Positions 13,513 to 26,443 of a DNA stretch of 64,000 nucleotides are shown in pieces (position 1 is the first letter of the stretch; each line of letters opens with the position of its first letter). Location: contig NC_043021.1 in NCBI RefSeq assembly GCF_006345805.1, positions 12,400,001 through 12,464,000 of the forward strand. Direction: 5' to 3'. The DNA comes from Octopus sinensis. Taxonomy: Eukaryota. A model generated the notes under the pieces. It did no database searches, was not told the DNA's origin, and saw only the letters and a list, made by a program, of their open reading frames with translations. Both the position numbers and the translations under genes were made by a program.

Positions 13513-14756
13513 AATTTCTTCAAGTTTCTATCAACCAAATTCCTTCGCAAAGCATTGATTAATCTTGGCCTATAGTAGAAAACGCTTGCCCAAGATGCTG
13601 CAGAGTGGGACTGAACCAGTGGCATTTGGTGGTGGTTGTATTGGGTGTGCTGCCACACCCAATGTCACCAAATTTCAAGCAGGTGTATAACAAAAGTTTT
13701 CCATTATGATTTGCGACTAAATTAACGAAAAAGGTTACTATCTATAATGAATTTACCATTTTCAAGGGTGTCCAGTGCACACCTAGCATACCCAGATTAT
13801 ATGCCTCTGGACTAAACCCAATGCTATAGGGTTGAGAAGCAAACTTCTTCACTACACAGCTATACCTGTTCCTATAGAAAAAAATGTCAAATAAATAAAA
13901 TAAAGCAAAAAAGTAAAAAAAGAATTACTTGAAATATATTTGCCTCCAGTTCCAAAGCTTTCTCAGAAAAAAAAAAAAAAACAGTAATTTATAACTTTTG
14001 GCAATCAGATAGGTAAAAAAGAAACCTTGATGTTTCTCCTTCCCCCCTGTCTCTCTTTCTCTCTGTCTGGGTCGCTGTAGCAAGTTTCTACAAGTTCCCC
14101 TACCCCTACTCCTCGGTGAATTATTTTGATTGTCTGGGATGAAGTATTTAGCTGAATGTCTGCAATTTCAAGAATTTGCCAAAAGTTGGTCTTCTTCTTG
14201 TTACATTGAAACTATACATTATTCATATATGCACTAAAAGGAACTATATAAAAATTATTGTCTGGCTACTTCAATTTTACAAATCATCATCACCAACAAT
14301 TTTACGTCCATTTTCTATGATAGCACGGTTTAGACATTTTGACCAGAGCTAGTAAGCTAGAGAGCTGCACCAGGCTCCAGTGGTCTGTTTCAGCATGGCT
14401 TCTATAACTGGATGCCCTTCCTGATGGCAACCACTCTCAGAGTGTACTGGGTGTCTTTTCTTGTGTCACCAGCAGGGGTGCCTCTTACATGTCTCTGGTA
14501 CGGGTTCCTTTTATATATCAGTGGCACTGGCCATGGAAACAAAATTAAATGTTTTGTTTTACCTTCTTTCACAAATAGTTTTTTTTTTAAATATATATAT
14601 TGGAACGAACATGTGGTCTTTGGTCCAACTCTACTGCATGGCACCTTGGGCAAGTGTTTTCTGCTACAACTCCAAGTCAGCCTTGTGAGTGAATTTGGTG
14701 AACAGAAACTGTGGAGAAGCTGATCATATATATACATACATATATATATATACATC

Positions 14757-15220
14757 GTCATCATCATCGTTTAACGTCTGCTTTCCATGCTAGCATGGGC
14801 TGGACGATTTGACTGAGATCTGGCGAACCAGATGGCTGCACCAGACTCCAATCTGATCTGACAGAGTTTCTACAGTTGGATGCCCTTCCTAACACCAACC
14901 ACTCCGAGAGTGTAGTGGGTGCTTTTACGTGCCACCGGCACGAGGGCCAGTAAGGTGGTACTAGCAACGGCCATGCTCAAATGGTGCTTTTTACATGCCA
15001 CCTACACAGGAGCCAGTTCAGCGGTACTGGCAACAACCTCGGTCGAATGTTTTTTCACATGCCACCAGCACAAGTGCCAGTAAGGCGACGCAGGTAATAA
15101 TCACGCTTGAATGGTGTTTTTTACATGCCATTGGTATGGAGGCCAGCTTGTTGCTCTGGTAATGATCACGCTTGTATGGTACTCTTAGCGCTCCACTAGC
15201 ACGGATGCCAGTCATCGAAG
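14757..15220 (-). mobile_element. RTE-type 3' tail element without coding sequence
   Basis: catcatcatcgtttaacgtc...ggatgcccttcctaac...ggtgcttttacgtgccacc sub-repeats; same tail as the RTE fragments. Confidence 0.75.
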
Positions 15221-15270
<50 letters not shown>

Positions 15271-15505
15271 CACATATTCATGCACATACACATTTTTGTG
15301 TGTTTGTGTTTGCCCCTTCCTGATCCCACTGCTTGACAGCCAGTGTTTCGTTTACATCCCTCTAACTTAGCAGCTCAGCAGAAGAAACTGATAGAACAAG
15401 TACCACACTTTAAAAAGAAATTTTTGTACTGAGATCATTGTATTTGACTAAAACCCTTTGATGCACTGCCTCAGCATGGCTGCAGTCCAATGACCAAATC
15501 AAGTA

Positions 15506-15556
<51 letters not shown>

Positions 15557-16017
15557 TACATATATATTCATTCATTGTCACTTTATGCCCATTTTTCTAT
15601 GTTAGCATGGGTTAAATGAATATATTTTTGGAGCATAGTTTTTCAGCTAGGTCCCTTTCCGGTTGCTAATTCTCCTCTACTTTCCAAGTAAGGGATTTCC
15701 TATTTCACACATCTTTAAAGGGCACAAACTCAGCAAAGGGTTTATTCTCAGGAAAGTAGCTACTTGTATCACAGCTCATAGCTTATGATTCTTAGTGAAT
15801 TACACATGTAAGTAAACACACACACACACACACATATATAAGACAAGGAAGAAGATGAAGATATCACTCAGCATAAGTTTATTACTGGTTACACTTGTTT
15901 CTGGAACATTCTTCCTTGGGCCACATTACATGCAGAGGATTGTGTGTGGTAAATTTCATAAGAACAGTATAATTTACCCGTAGCTGAATAGCACAGGGCA
16001 GCACCTCATCAGGCATT

Positions 16018-16490
16018 CGTTCTTTTACTTGTTTTAGGGATTTGACTGTGGCCATGCTGAAGCTACACCTTGAAGGGTTTTAGTCAAGCGAATTGATGCC
16101 AGGACTTATTTCTTAAGCCTAGTACTTATAGTACTTATTCTGTCAGTCTCTTTTGCCAAACCACTAAGTTACAGGGATGTAAACTCACCAATACTGGTTG
16201 TCAAGTGGTGATGCAGGAGTCAAACACATATACAAAGGCACTCAGACACATAGATATATATATATATATACATGCATACATACATACATACATACATACA
16301 TACATACATACATACATGCATGTGTCTGTGTATGTGTGCATACAACAGGCTTCTTTCAGTTTCTGTCTACCAAATCCACTCACAAGGTTTGGTCAGCCCA
16401 AGATACTTGCCCAAGGTGTCACACAGTGGGACTGAAGTTGGAACTATGTGATTGAAACGTATGCTTCTTACCACACAGCCATGCCTGCTA
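16018..16490 (-). mobile_element. SINE family A copy
   Basis: Full-length reverse-complement homology. Confidence 0.85.
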
Positions 16491-17263
16491 TCATAATATT
16501 ATCATACATATGTACGTACGTACGTACATAGGTAGGTAGGTAATATTTCCTCTAGCTATAATTAATTTCACCTTTAATTTTAATGAGATATTTCTCTTCA
16601 TACCTAATATATTTAATTAATAAGTTATTGGTGAAATCATTCTGAAGATTTCTAAAAAGAATGAAATTATGCTATACATGATTACCACCGAGTAGTAATT
16701 GTAAGAAATTTGTAATAGATAACAGAAAAAAGTTAAATATGTGAACTCTGTGTATCCTCTTCCTGATATCCCTTAATTTCTAAACCTGTCTCATATCGAG
16801 GATACTGTTACCACCCTTATATTATTGGCCATAACCAGAGGGCACCACACACACTCACACACACACACACACACATATTTATAGTTTCTTTAGTTGTCTC
16901 TGATATCTAGTTATTTCATGCAGCGAATGTGTGCAACATTATCGAGACCTCTTGATGTATATTAGTTATTAGCACTTGGTTTCCATAAGCAGTTACAAAT
17001 GTAGGCACTTAAACAGTAGAATGAATTGGTTTATTTGTGAGTGACGGTGGAGGTGGTGATTTCTGACAGTAGCTTTCATTGAAGAGTCTTTGATAAAAGA
17101 GTATTGAATGAAACATTAAGACTTTTCTTTATGCAACAAACCAAGTTATTTTCCCATTTTAAACTCTAAGAACACCAATCATTGTTCGTTTTCCTCAGAT
17201 TTATTAGAATACTTAAAAGCTTCTTTTGAGCTTCTACAAAGCTTTCACTAACATTAGTGCTGC

Positions 17264-17512
17264 TTAAACCTTTAGTTACCATATTTCTGTTGAAATGCAC
17301 AGGCATTTGTTTAAATTAATTTTGAAAGGAAAAAACCAACAAAAGAGACCAAAAATTTAGTAACATAATTTTGCCATTATTAAGCTAGTATTTGGAATAT
17401 TAATCAGCTTGAAACTTTGATGGAGAGCTTTAATTTAGATCAATTTAAAACATGGAGGTTTGTATCATAGAACCTGAAGCAATCTCATATGGATTATTAT
17501 CAAATGGGTTAA
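17264..17512. mobile_element. piggyBac-like MITE family 2 (TTAA-flanked)
   Basis: ttaaacctttagttacc...atcaaatgggttaa; related copy at ~26212-26443 and fragments at ~26960-27052 and ~39515-39640. Confidence 0.6.
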
Positions 17513-18041
17513 ACCAAATATTGTTTTATTACACGTTGCGGTTCCTCTTCACTCAATAATATTGTGGTAGGTTGCTTTGCTAACAATTAAATCAATAAAT
17601 ATAAGTTTATTATTATTAATATTATTATCATTACTAGGCTTACAAAGAATAAAGGCGATACTCCAGCATGGCCGCAGTCAAATGACTGAAACAAGTAAAA
17701 GAGTAATGCAATTCATGAGTATTTGGTTACTATTTCTAGTAAGTTGAGTGACTGCATCGAGGCTCCCCTATTGATTGTTGTTTGTCTTGTCCTGGGTTGT
17801 CTCCGACTGAGCAGATTATGATGAAAGGTAATCCATCTTTTGAGGAACCCAGAACAATATTATCTCTCATGTCATTCCTAAACACAGCAAGATATGAATT
17901 GAAGGACATCTGATTCTGATTGCTATTTCTGTCGTGTTAAGTGACCAAATTAACAGGAGTCAACAACTTCTAATTATAATGACCCACTTGTAATTTTTAA
18001 AAAAATTTATTTTTTTTTACTCATGGCTCACAAATATAATT

Positions 18042-18390
18042 CTACAGGCACAAGCATAGTTGTTGTAATAACCACATGGCTCGGGGGTCGGTCCCACTGC
18101 ATGGCATTTTGGGCACATCTACTATAGCTTCAGACTGGCAAAAGCCTTGTGAGTGGATTTGGTAGATGGAAACTGAAAGAAGCCCATCATGTGTGTGTGT
18201 GTGTTTGTTTGTTTGTCCCCCACCACTGCTCGACAACTGGTGTTGGTATATTTACATCCTTATAACTTAGCAATCTAGCAAAGAGACTGATAGAATAAAC
18301 ATCAGGTGGTTTAAAAATAAGTACTGGGGCCGATTCATTTGACTAAAATTCTTCAAGGTGGTGCCCCATTATGGCCACCATCTAATGACT
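18042..18390 (+). mobile_element. SINE family A copy
   Basis: Homology to 48428-48856. Confidence 0.8.
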
Positions 18391-18411
18391 GTCTCACCAC
18401 CCTCTATGTTT

Positions 18412-18648
18412 CTTACTTCTTTATTGCCCACAAGGGGCTAAACATAGAGGGGACAAACAAGGACAGACAAAGGGATTAATTCGATTATATCGACCCCAAT
18501 GCATGACTGGTACTTAATTTATTGACCCCAAAAGGATGAAAGACAAAGTCGACCTCAACGGAATTTGAACTCACAACATAATGGCAGACAAAATACCACT
18601 AAGCATTTTGCCCTGCATGCTAACGTTTCTGCCAGCTCACTGCCTTAT
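18412..18648 (-). mobile_element. SINE family B copy
   Basis: Homology to 13278-13512. Confidence 0.8.
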
Positions 18649-18654
18649 AAATTC

Positions 18655-18935
18655 CGCCAGCACCGCCTCGACTGGCCTCCATGCCGGTGGCACGTAAAAT
18701 ACACCAATCCGACCGTGGCTGTTGCCAGCCTCGCCTGGCACCTGTGCAGGTGGCACATAAAAAGCACCCACTACACTCACGGAGTGGTTGGTGTTAGGAA
18801 GGGCATGCAGCTGTAGAAACATTGCCAGATAAGACTGGAGCTTGGTGCAGCCTTCTGGCTTCCCAGATCCCCGGTCGAACCGTCCAACCCATGCTAGCAT
18901 GGAGAACGGACATTAAACGATGATGATGATGATGA
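18655..18935 (+). mobile_element. RTE-type 3' tail element
   Basis: Ends cggacattaaacgatgatgatgat. Confidence 0.75.
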
Positions 18936-19419
18936 TTCAGAAAAATTTTAAGAAATTCGGAGCATAGGACAACAAAAATAAAAATGGAGAAAATCCCATC
19001 TTTAATTGGCGATTCCATAATACAGTACTGACAATCATTTCTGTTGTACCAGTGAAATTGATATAGCCATTCTCTTTGAATTGCTTTGATAATGTTGTTT
19101 TAACATATTTCTGAATACATTAGTTTGACTGGCAAGCAAAAATTAAACATCACAACACAAAAGATTATCTAAAAGTCACCAACTGCTCAAGCACAATAAA
19201 TATCAATAACTTTTGGAATAGATCTAAAGCTCTCAGAAGTAAACTCTGTAATGCATTTGTGGGTCATTGCCCACCTGCTGCTAACACTTCAACATTGAGG
19301 ATCATTCTTGGTGTTTGGAACATAACATAACAAAAGGTTCTTGTGTGAAATTGTATTGTTGCCCAATCTTCATTAAAGGGCCAACAGCGATGTGTTTTAG
19401 ATACAGTGTTTATTGCTGT

Positions 19420-20090
19420 GAGTGCAGGCGTGGTAAGAAGTTTACTCCCCAACCACATGGTTCCTGGTTCAGTCCCACTGTGTGGCACCTTGGGCAAGTT
19501 TTTTTGTACTCTAGCCTCAAGCTGACCAAAGCCTTGTGTGAGGATTTGGTAGATGGAAACTGAAAAAAGGCTGCTGTATTCATACATACATACATCCATA
19601 CATACATAAATAAACAAATAACAACAGGTAGACTGTGGTTCACTACAGCTGTTTCAGATGTGTCTTTTATTGATGAACAGAAGTGTTACATCATGCAAAA
19701 AAACCACTATTTTCATCAGGTGGATACATGTAAGTTGAGCATTTTGAACATCTGAAGAAAAAGTACAAGTACCATTTGACTCTGCCAACCAAAGAGAATG
19801 GATATACAATGCTAGCATCAAGCTTATAATAAGGAAATCATGACAGGCCTGGATACTGTGTATCTGTGTGTGTGTGTGGTTGCATCTTTGTTTGTCCTCC
19901 ACCACCACTTGACAACTGCTGTTGGTATGTTTGCATCCCTTTAACTTAGCAATTTGGTAAGAGACATCAATAGAAAAAGTGTTAGGTTTTTAAAAAAATA
20001 TTAAGTACTGGACTCAATTTGTTCGATTACAATTCTTCAAGGTGGTGCCCCAGCATGGCCACAGTCTAATGACTGAAACAAGTAAAGGAA
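19420..20090 (+). mobile_element. SINE family A copy split by a ~230 bp hammerhead-bearing insert in its central microsatellite
   Basis: 5' half ~19420-19600, 3' half ~19860-20090. Confidence 0.75.
19638..19725 (-). ncRNA. Type I hammerhead ribozyme motif, intact core, partly decayed helices
   Basis: Minus strand: ATCCAC CTGATGA AAATAGTG...TGATG T AACA CTTC TGTT CATCA...CAC ATCT GAAA CAGCTG TA GTGAAC. Palindromic helix III ACAGCTGT, long extended helix II, helix I CAC/GTG. Confidence 0.65.
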
Positions 20091-20387
20091 GATAAAGGAT
20101 ATCTCACAATCATCATTTTGATGCTTACATCTCCATGCTTGTATGAGTCAGACAGGATTCATTGAGTTGGATTTTTTCTATGGCTGGACGCCCTTCCCGT
20201 CACCAAACCTCATCTGTTTCTGAGAAAGGTAGTATTTCTCCTTTGCTGGACATGTCTTTATGCAAGACTGGATATTAACAACACTGCTTCTATGATGGTG
20301 AGGCTCACTTACAACTGTTATCTTAACTTGCCATATCTGGCCAAAATTTATGAAATTTCTCATACAACTTATGTGATTCGTTAGTGA

Positions 20388-20735
20388 CCTAGTGAAGGTT
20401 CAGTGGTTAGAGCGTCAGGCTCACAATCTTGAGGTAGTGAGTTCAATTCTTGGACCAGGCTTTTGTGTGTTGTGTTTTTTTGAGCAAGACACTTTATTTC
20501 ACATTTCTTCAGTTCACTCAGCTGTAGAAATGAGTTGTGATATGAATGGTGCCAAGTTATATCAGCCTTTGCCTTTCCCTTGAATAACATCAATGGCATG
20601 GAGAGGGTAGGCTGGTAGGCATGGCTGAATGCTGGTCTTTCACAAAGCAACCTTGCCCAGACTTGTGCCTTGGAGAGGAACTTTCTAGGAGCAACCCCAT
20701 GGTCATTCATAACTACCGGAGGTCTTTACCCATTA
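20388..20735 (+). mobile_element. SINE family C (tRNA-like head, ttgagcaagacactttatttcac core)
   Basis: A box tggttagagc and B box gagttcaattc; related reverse copies at ~36760-37025 and ~39720-39870, and a variant at ~21925-22200. Confidence 0.75.
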
Positions 20736-21289
20736 GTGGCCAGAGAAAGCAAAGTTCAGCCTATATAGCATTCAGAACAAACCATTTCTGGAGAGGAAGA
20801 AGTAAATATATCTTCTTTTTGTTTTTCATCATTATCACGAATGTTGAAAGTTTAGTCTAGGTTATTGACCTAATCCTTTGTTCATTAATTGTATCAACAT
20901 ATAAATTGTCATAGCATCTCTCAATTACTTCAGTGCTGCTTACACTTGCAGTTATCAGATCGTTACTACAGTAAGGTGCATTCAGGTGTTGACTCTTTCT
21001 CTGTCTCCCCCCCTCTCTGTCTGTCTCTCTCTCTCTATATATATATATATGTGTGTGTGTGTGTAAAGTTTATTGATCTTATATACTCAAAGTACGTTTT
21101 GTTTGTTCGCTGCGGTATAGCAGCTGGGGGACGACACCCTCACTATGCTGGGTGTTAAAAAAAAACATCTGAAAGCCATAAACAGGTCAGACAACCCACC
21201 CCTGACCCCATACTGCAACAAGCAACGACTTTGAGCATGTGCAGTTGATAATCTTTACAACACTAACACTGCTTGTAATTCATTATTGA

Positions 21290-21339
<50 letters not shown>

Positions 21340-22232
21340 CAAAATGGGACAAGAACACAAAACATCCGGACAGTTAGGTGATACAAAAATGAGACAACAA
21401 AACATCCAGATAGACGATACAAAGTAACCAAGGACGGGTCATTTGAAGTTTTCTTTCCTCAGTCGAGTACCAGATTATCTTCGCAATTTCGGCTGATTAT
21501 ACTTGAGATTGCTCCAATCTGGCCAGCCCCAAGGAAAAACTATGCTAAGAGCATTAGACTCCTTGGAAGAAAGCAGCGAATGTATACAAAACTAGGATGG
21601 AAAAAAATGGACAATGTTACACAAAACCAGAACCTGTTAACATTTTCCCCGTCACTTAGCGGTTCGGCAAAAGAGCCCGATAGAATAAGTACTGGGCTTA
21701 CAAAGAATAAGTCCCAGGGTCGATTTGCTCGACTAAAGGCGGTGCTCCAGCATGGCCGCAGCCAAATGACTGAAACAAGTAAAAGAGTAAAAAGAGTAAA
21801 TACAATATATATATGTATGTATATATATATATATATGTATGTATGTATGTATATATATGTGTGTATATCTCAGTATCTATCTATATATATATATCTGTAT
21901 GTATATATGTGACAGCAGTGGCCTTGTGCTTTGTGTGCTGCACTCATGATCACGGGATTGTGATGCCATTTCCTGGACCAGGTCATGCATTGTGTTCTTG
22001 AGCTGGACACTTCACCTCACATTGCTCTGCAGTCACTTTGACACCTGACGTGTGGTGCACTGTGCACTTGTTCAGACAGCATCGATTTGATGGAGGCAGT
22101 GAGCCAATGTGCAGCACAAACACTTGATCACTATAGACAAATCAATTGTGCAGGATGTTCGGCAAGAAACTGTAGAAGCAACTTGCTCAGACAAGAGAGA
22201 CCACTATCATTATACACACACATGCACGCTCG

Positions 22233-22267
<35 letters not shown>

Positions 22268-22571
22268 GTACATGTATTTTAATGAGCTAGTTTGCTCATA
22301 TATATATATATATATATATGAGCCGCACGGGCCTTCGTTTTTGGAATCTCCACTTACAGAAAATGGAAAAAACAGTCTTTGACTGCCATTTCTAATTCCT
22401 TCGGTATGAGGCGAAATAGCCTGCTGCTAGCCCTCTCATTTACTTTACTATATACTGAACCTTACAAAGTTCCTGACGATAAATTTGTTGTATTTACATA
22501 CCGAAATTTACTGGTAAATAATTGTTGGTTACATGAAAAACCACAGAAAAATTATTTACCATTTTTATTGC

Positions 22572-22608
<37 letters not shown>

Positions 22609-22862
22609 CCAGGGGTGGCTGTGTGGTAAGTAGCTTGCTAACCAAACCACATGGTTCCAGGTTCAGTCCTACTGCGTGACACCTTGGGCAAGTGTCTTCT
22701 ACTATAGCCTCGGGCCGACCAAAGCATTGTGAGTGTGTGTGTATATATATATATATATATCCACATGTTACAGTGACATGAGTTTGGGGGACAAGAGAGA
22801 ACTGGATTTGTACAAACCATGCTCACTATAATATTCATCATACAGTTGTTTAGTAAACCTGG

Positions 22863-22905
<43 letters not shown>

Positions 22906-22958
22906 CATATATATATATATACATACATATATATATATACATATATATATATACATAC

Positions 22959-23011
<53 letters not shown>

Positions 23012-23951
23012 GTACAAAGTAAGATAGGGGGTGTTATGAGGGTAACCCACTATGGGATATCAGTTATCTAATATACTGCTGGTGAAGTACCCAAATACTA
23101 AATACATAAATGCTTATAATTGCAATGCAATTAATTCATAATTACATACAGACATACATACTGACATCTTCACACACACATATACATATACATATATATA
23201 ACATATATATTGTGTGTATGTGTGTGCTTACATATGTGTGTATACGTATATATATGCATGTGTGTGTGTGTGTGTGTGTGTGTGTATTTGAAGTTGTGTG
23301 CATGTATAAGTAGGTTTAAGAGTGCTTTCTAGAAACCCCAATCTACTAATATAGAGAGTGCTTCAAATTTATCAGTTTTTTTTAACTTATTTTTAAACAT
23401 TTTTTTTTACCTTGGTTTATAAATTATATATACATATATATATATCGTTATCTGACTCTGCTTAAAGCTTAAGATTTAAAGTATGAAAGCGTGAGGGAAA
23501 GAAAGATTCTATTAGTTACATTTCTGTCAAACAACTTTTTTTCCTCTCACTTCAATATTTCTTAATTTCTTCATTGCTTTTGTTTTTGTTGTTGTTGCTA
23601 CCGGTGGTAGTGGTAGTGGTGGTGGTGGTGGAGCTCTTACGTTTCCTAACCTCACTCCCTCGCTGTCATGTCACTTTGACCGTTGATCAATTAATGCCAT
23701 AATTTGCTTAAAATTCTGGCTTAATTCATTTTTTGTATTTATCATCAGCTTAGCGGATTAACACTAAGTATATCACATTAACAACATAATTACCTCTAAA
23801 TAGGTTTTTATTTTGTTGTTGTTGTTGTTGTTATTGAATGCTGTTTAGACTGCAACCTAAGCTAATATTACGTCTGAGGCACATAACTCTGCTAACTTCA
23901 GTCTGCCTGGCTGAGAGATAGGTCTCCCCCTTATGCTTTATGATAGGAGTC

Positions 23952-24535
23952 TATAGTTTGTACTAACAATGGTATTCAGTCATTGGTATATAGTTTGTAC
24001 TAACAACGGTATTCAGTCATTGGTATATAGTTTGTACTAACAATGGTATTCAGTCATTGGTATACAGTTTGTACTAACAATGGTATTCAGTCATTGGTAT
24101 ATAGTTTGTACTAACAATGGTATTCAGTCATTGGTATATAGTTTGTACTAACAATGGTATTCAGTCATTGGTATATAGTTTGTACTAACAATGGTATTCA
24201 GTCATTGGTATACAGTTTGTACTAACAATGGTATTCAGTCATTGGTATATAGTTTGTACTAACAATGGTATTCAGTCATTGGTATATAGTTTGTACTAAC
24301 AATGGTATTCAGTCATTGGTATACAGTTTGTACTAACAATGGTATTCAGTCATTGGTATACAGTTTGTACTAACAATGGTATTCAGTCATTGGTATATAG
24401 TTTGTACTAACAATGGTATTCAGTCATTGGTATACAGTTTGTACTAACAATGGTATTCAGTCATTGGTATACAGTTTGTACTAACAATGGTATTCAGTCA
24501 TTGGTATATAGTTTGTACTAACAATGGTATTCAGT
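23952..24535. repeat. 37-bp minisatellite, 15.8 near-identical copies
   Basis: Unit ta(t/c)agtttgtactaacaatggtattcagtcattggta; one polymorphic site plus a single aac variant. Confidence 0.97.
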
Positions 24536-25009
24536 AGGTGTTGTTTTGTATGGTGGGGGGTATCTGGCTTGCATCTCCAAATTTACATTAAAAAACATCC
24601 AATTGATGTGTGACTTGTCGGTGTCAGGGATTTTTGTAATGTTTCCCTTCTTCCTGGATCTTTGAATAAATGGCATGATGTGAAAGTAGGATTGCTTTGT
24701 TAGTTCTTCCATGAAGGCTTTAATGATCCAAATGGTCCACAGAAAGATTCAAACACAGCATTGTGAACAAGCAAAATGCTTCTGGGCCGACAAGAGGGTC
24801 ATGGTATAGCTGCTCTACCTGCTAGAAATACCTTGGCTGTGGCCCTATACAGCTAACAAATATATTGCTGTTGTTGCTATTGATGTCTACTCCCAGGTGG
24901 ACCCTGGTAGAGCCAATACATGATCAAGGGCATTCCAATAGTTTTTAGGTATAGGGTATCTAGCATTATATTATTGAATGTGTCCCGTTTTAATAAGGCA
25001 GTAGGGTGT

Positions 25010-25380
25010 GATTTGCAAAGCAAACTTTCTAACCATACAGACATGCAGGCACAATGACACACACACATGTATTCACACACACACACACACTCAAATACAC
25101 ACACATACATTTACTCACACACACACACTCAAATGCACACACATACACACGTGCATGCATGAATACACACACATGCATGCACACACACACACACACTCAA
25201 ACACACACACATACATGCACTCACACACACACACACACTCAAACGCACACACATACACACGTGCACGCATGAATACACACACATGCATGCACACACACAC
25301 ACACTCAAACACACACACCTGCATGCACACATACACACACATGCATACACACATGCATGCTCTCACACACACACATATCA
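25010..25380. repeat. Compound (CA)n-based repeat with higher-order duplication
   Basis: A ~100-bp block (cacactcaaa(t/c)gcacacacatacacacgtgca...) is repeated. Confidence 0.8.
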
Positions 25381-25619
25381 TTTTCCTCCATGTTGCATTG
25401 AAATAATGCTAGATGCCTGCCATCATTTTATTTGATATTGATTTATTTCCTTGTGGCTGGCACAAGGCCATTCCAGTCCTTAAAGGGAAATCGTTTTAGT
25501 TGAGAGGGACAGAGAAACTTTCTACATACATACGTACATACAGACATGTATGTATGTATGCATACCCATACATACACATACACACACATACATACACACA
25601 CACATGTATATAAACACAC

Positions 25620-26052
25620 TTCTTCTTTATGCCTTTAATTCTCCAACACAGAGTATAGACCACTTATAGTTGAATTCCATCTTGCATAATTTTTCGCTTC
25701 TGTACTTATACTCTGCCATGAATGTCCCCCTTTCTCTCGTTCCTTTTGTGTTGATCTATGCCACGAATTCTAAGGCCTACCTCCCCTTCTATATCCATCC
25801 AGTTTCCTCTGTAAAGCACTTTTCGCTACATTTGGTGTTTCTTTTCTAACTGTGCTGCCAATCCACTTTCAGTTTTTCTTAAATATTTGCTCCCTAATCA
25901 AAACTTCATTTGTTCTTTGCCATAGTTCCATATTGCTTATGTGTTCGGGCCATCTAATTTTAAGTATACTACGCAAGCATCTGTTGATGAATGATTGTAT
26001 TTGCTTATTTGACTTAACTGTTGTTCGCCATGTCTCAGACAAGTACATATCT
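25620..26052 (-). mobile_element. RTE-clade LINE, 5'-truncated 3' end
   Basis: YLSETWRTTVKSNKQIQSFINRCLRSILKIRWPEHISNMELWQRT...RGGRP...WQSI...WNSTISGLYS, ending in an AAG-rich tail. Confidence 0.88.
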
Positions 26053-26211
26053 ATAATATAAACACACACACAAATTTAAAGGTAGCTTTGAATTAATAAG
26101 GCCACTATAAAGAAGATGCTATTTATCATATGCCAAAAATATAATTACATTTATTGCAGCAATGTAATCATTATATGTATTAATGTAAGAAATAAAATGG
26201 GAAACACATTT

Positions 26212-26443
26212 TTTACCCTTTTTTTTTACTATATTTCTGTTGAAAAACAGCTTTTATTTTTCAATTGATTTTTAAAACAATAAAGAATGCAGTGAAATAA
26301 CTTTGTCAATATTAAGCTGTTGTTTGGAACAAAATTAATGTGAAATTCTGGTGCAAGGTTTTTAATTTAGGTTACTTTAAAACAGGACATTTGTATCATA
26401 GAACCAGGCGTTGTATTGGGAGGGTTGCTATCAAAAGAGTTAA
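26212..26443. mobile_element. piggyBac-like MITE family 2, second copy
   Basis: Homologous to 17264-17512; ends atcaaaagagttaa. Confidence 0.55.

Noticed and set aside
16629-16690. Hammerhead-like CTGAAGA...GAAA on the + strand
   Set aside because: Helix II closes with U-U and there is no helix I adjacent to the core; plausible by chance in AT-rich DNA.
20388-20460. tRNA genes (also ~34285-34345 and SINE A/B heads)
   Set aside because: A/B boxes are present but there is no complete cloverleaf, and each continues into a SINE body.
21435-21500. CTGAGGA and GAAA on the - strand as a type II hammerhead
   Set aside because: Helix II strands are not complementary and helix I is too weak.
23952-24535. 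CRISPR-like array of 37-bp repeats
   Set aside because: Units are directly adjacent with no unique spacers, there are no cas genes, and the context is eukaryotic.
24518-24712. 65-aa ORF MEELTKQSYF...
   Set aside because: No recognisable domain and it ends in the minisatellite; possibly an old TE but unassignable.
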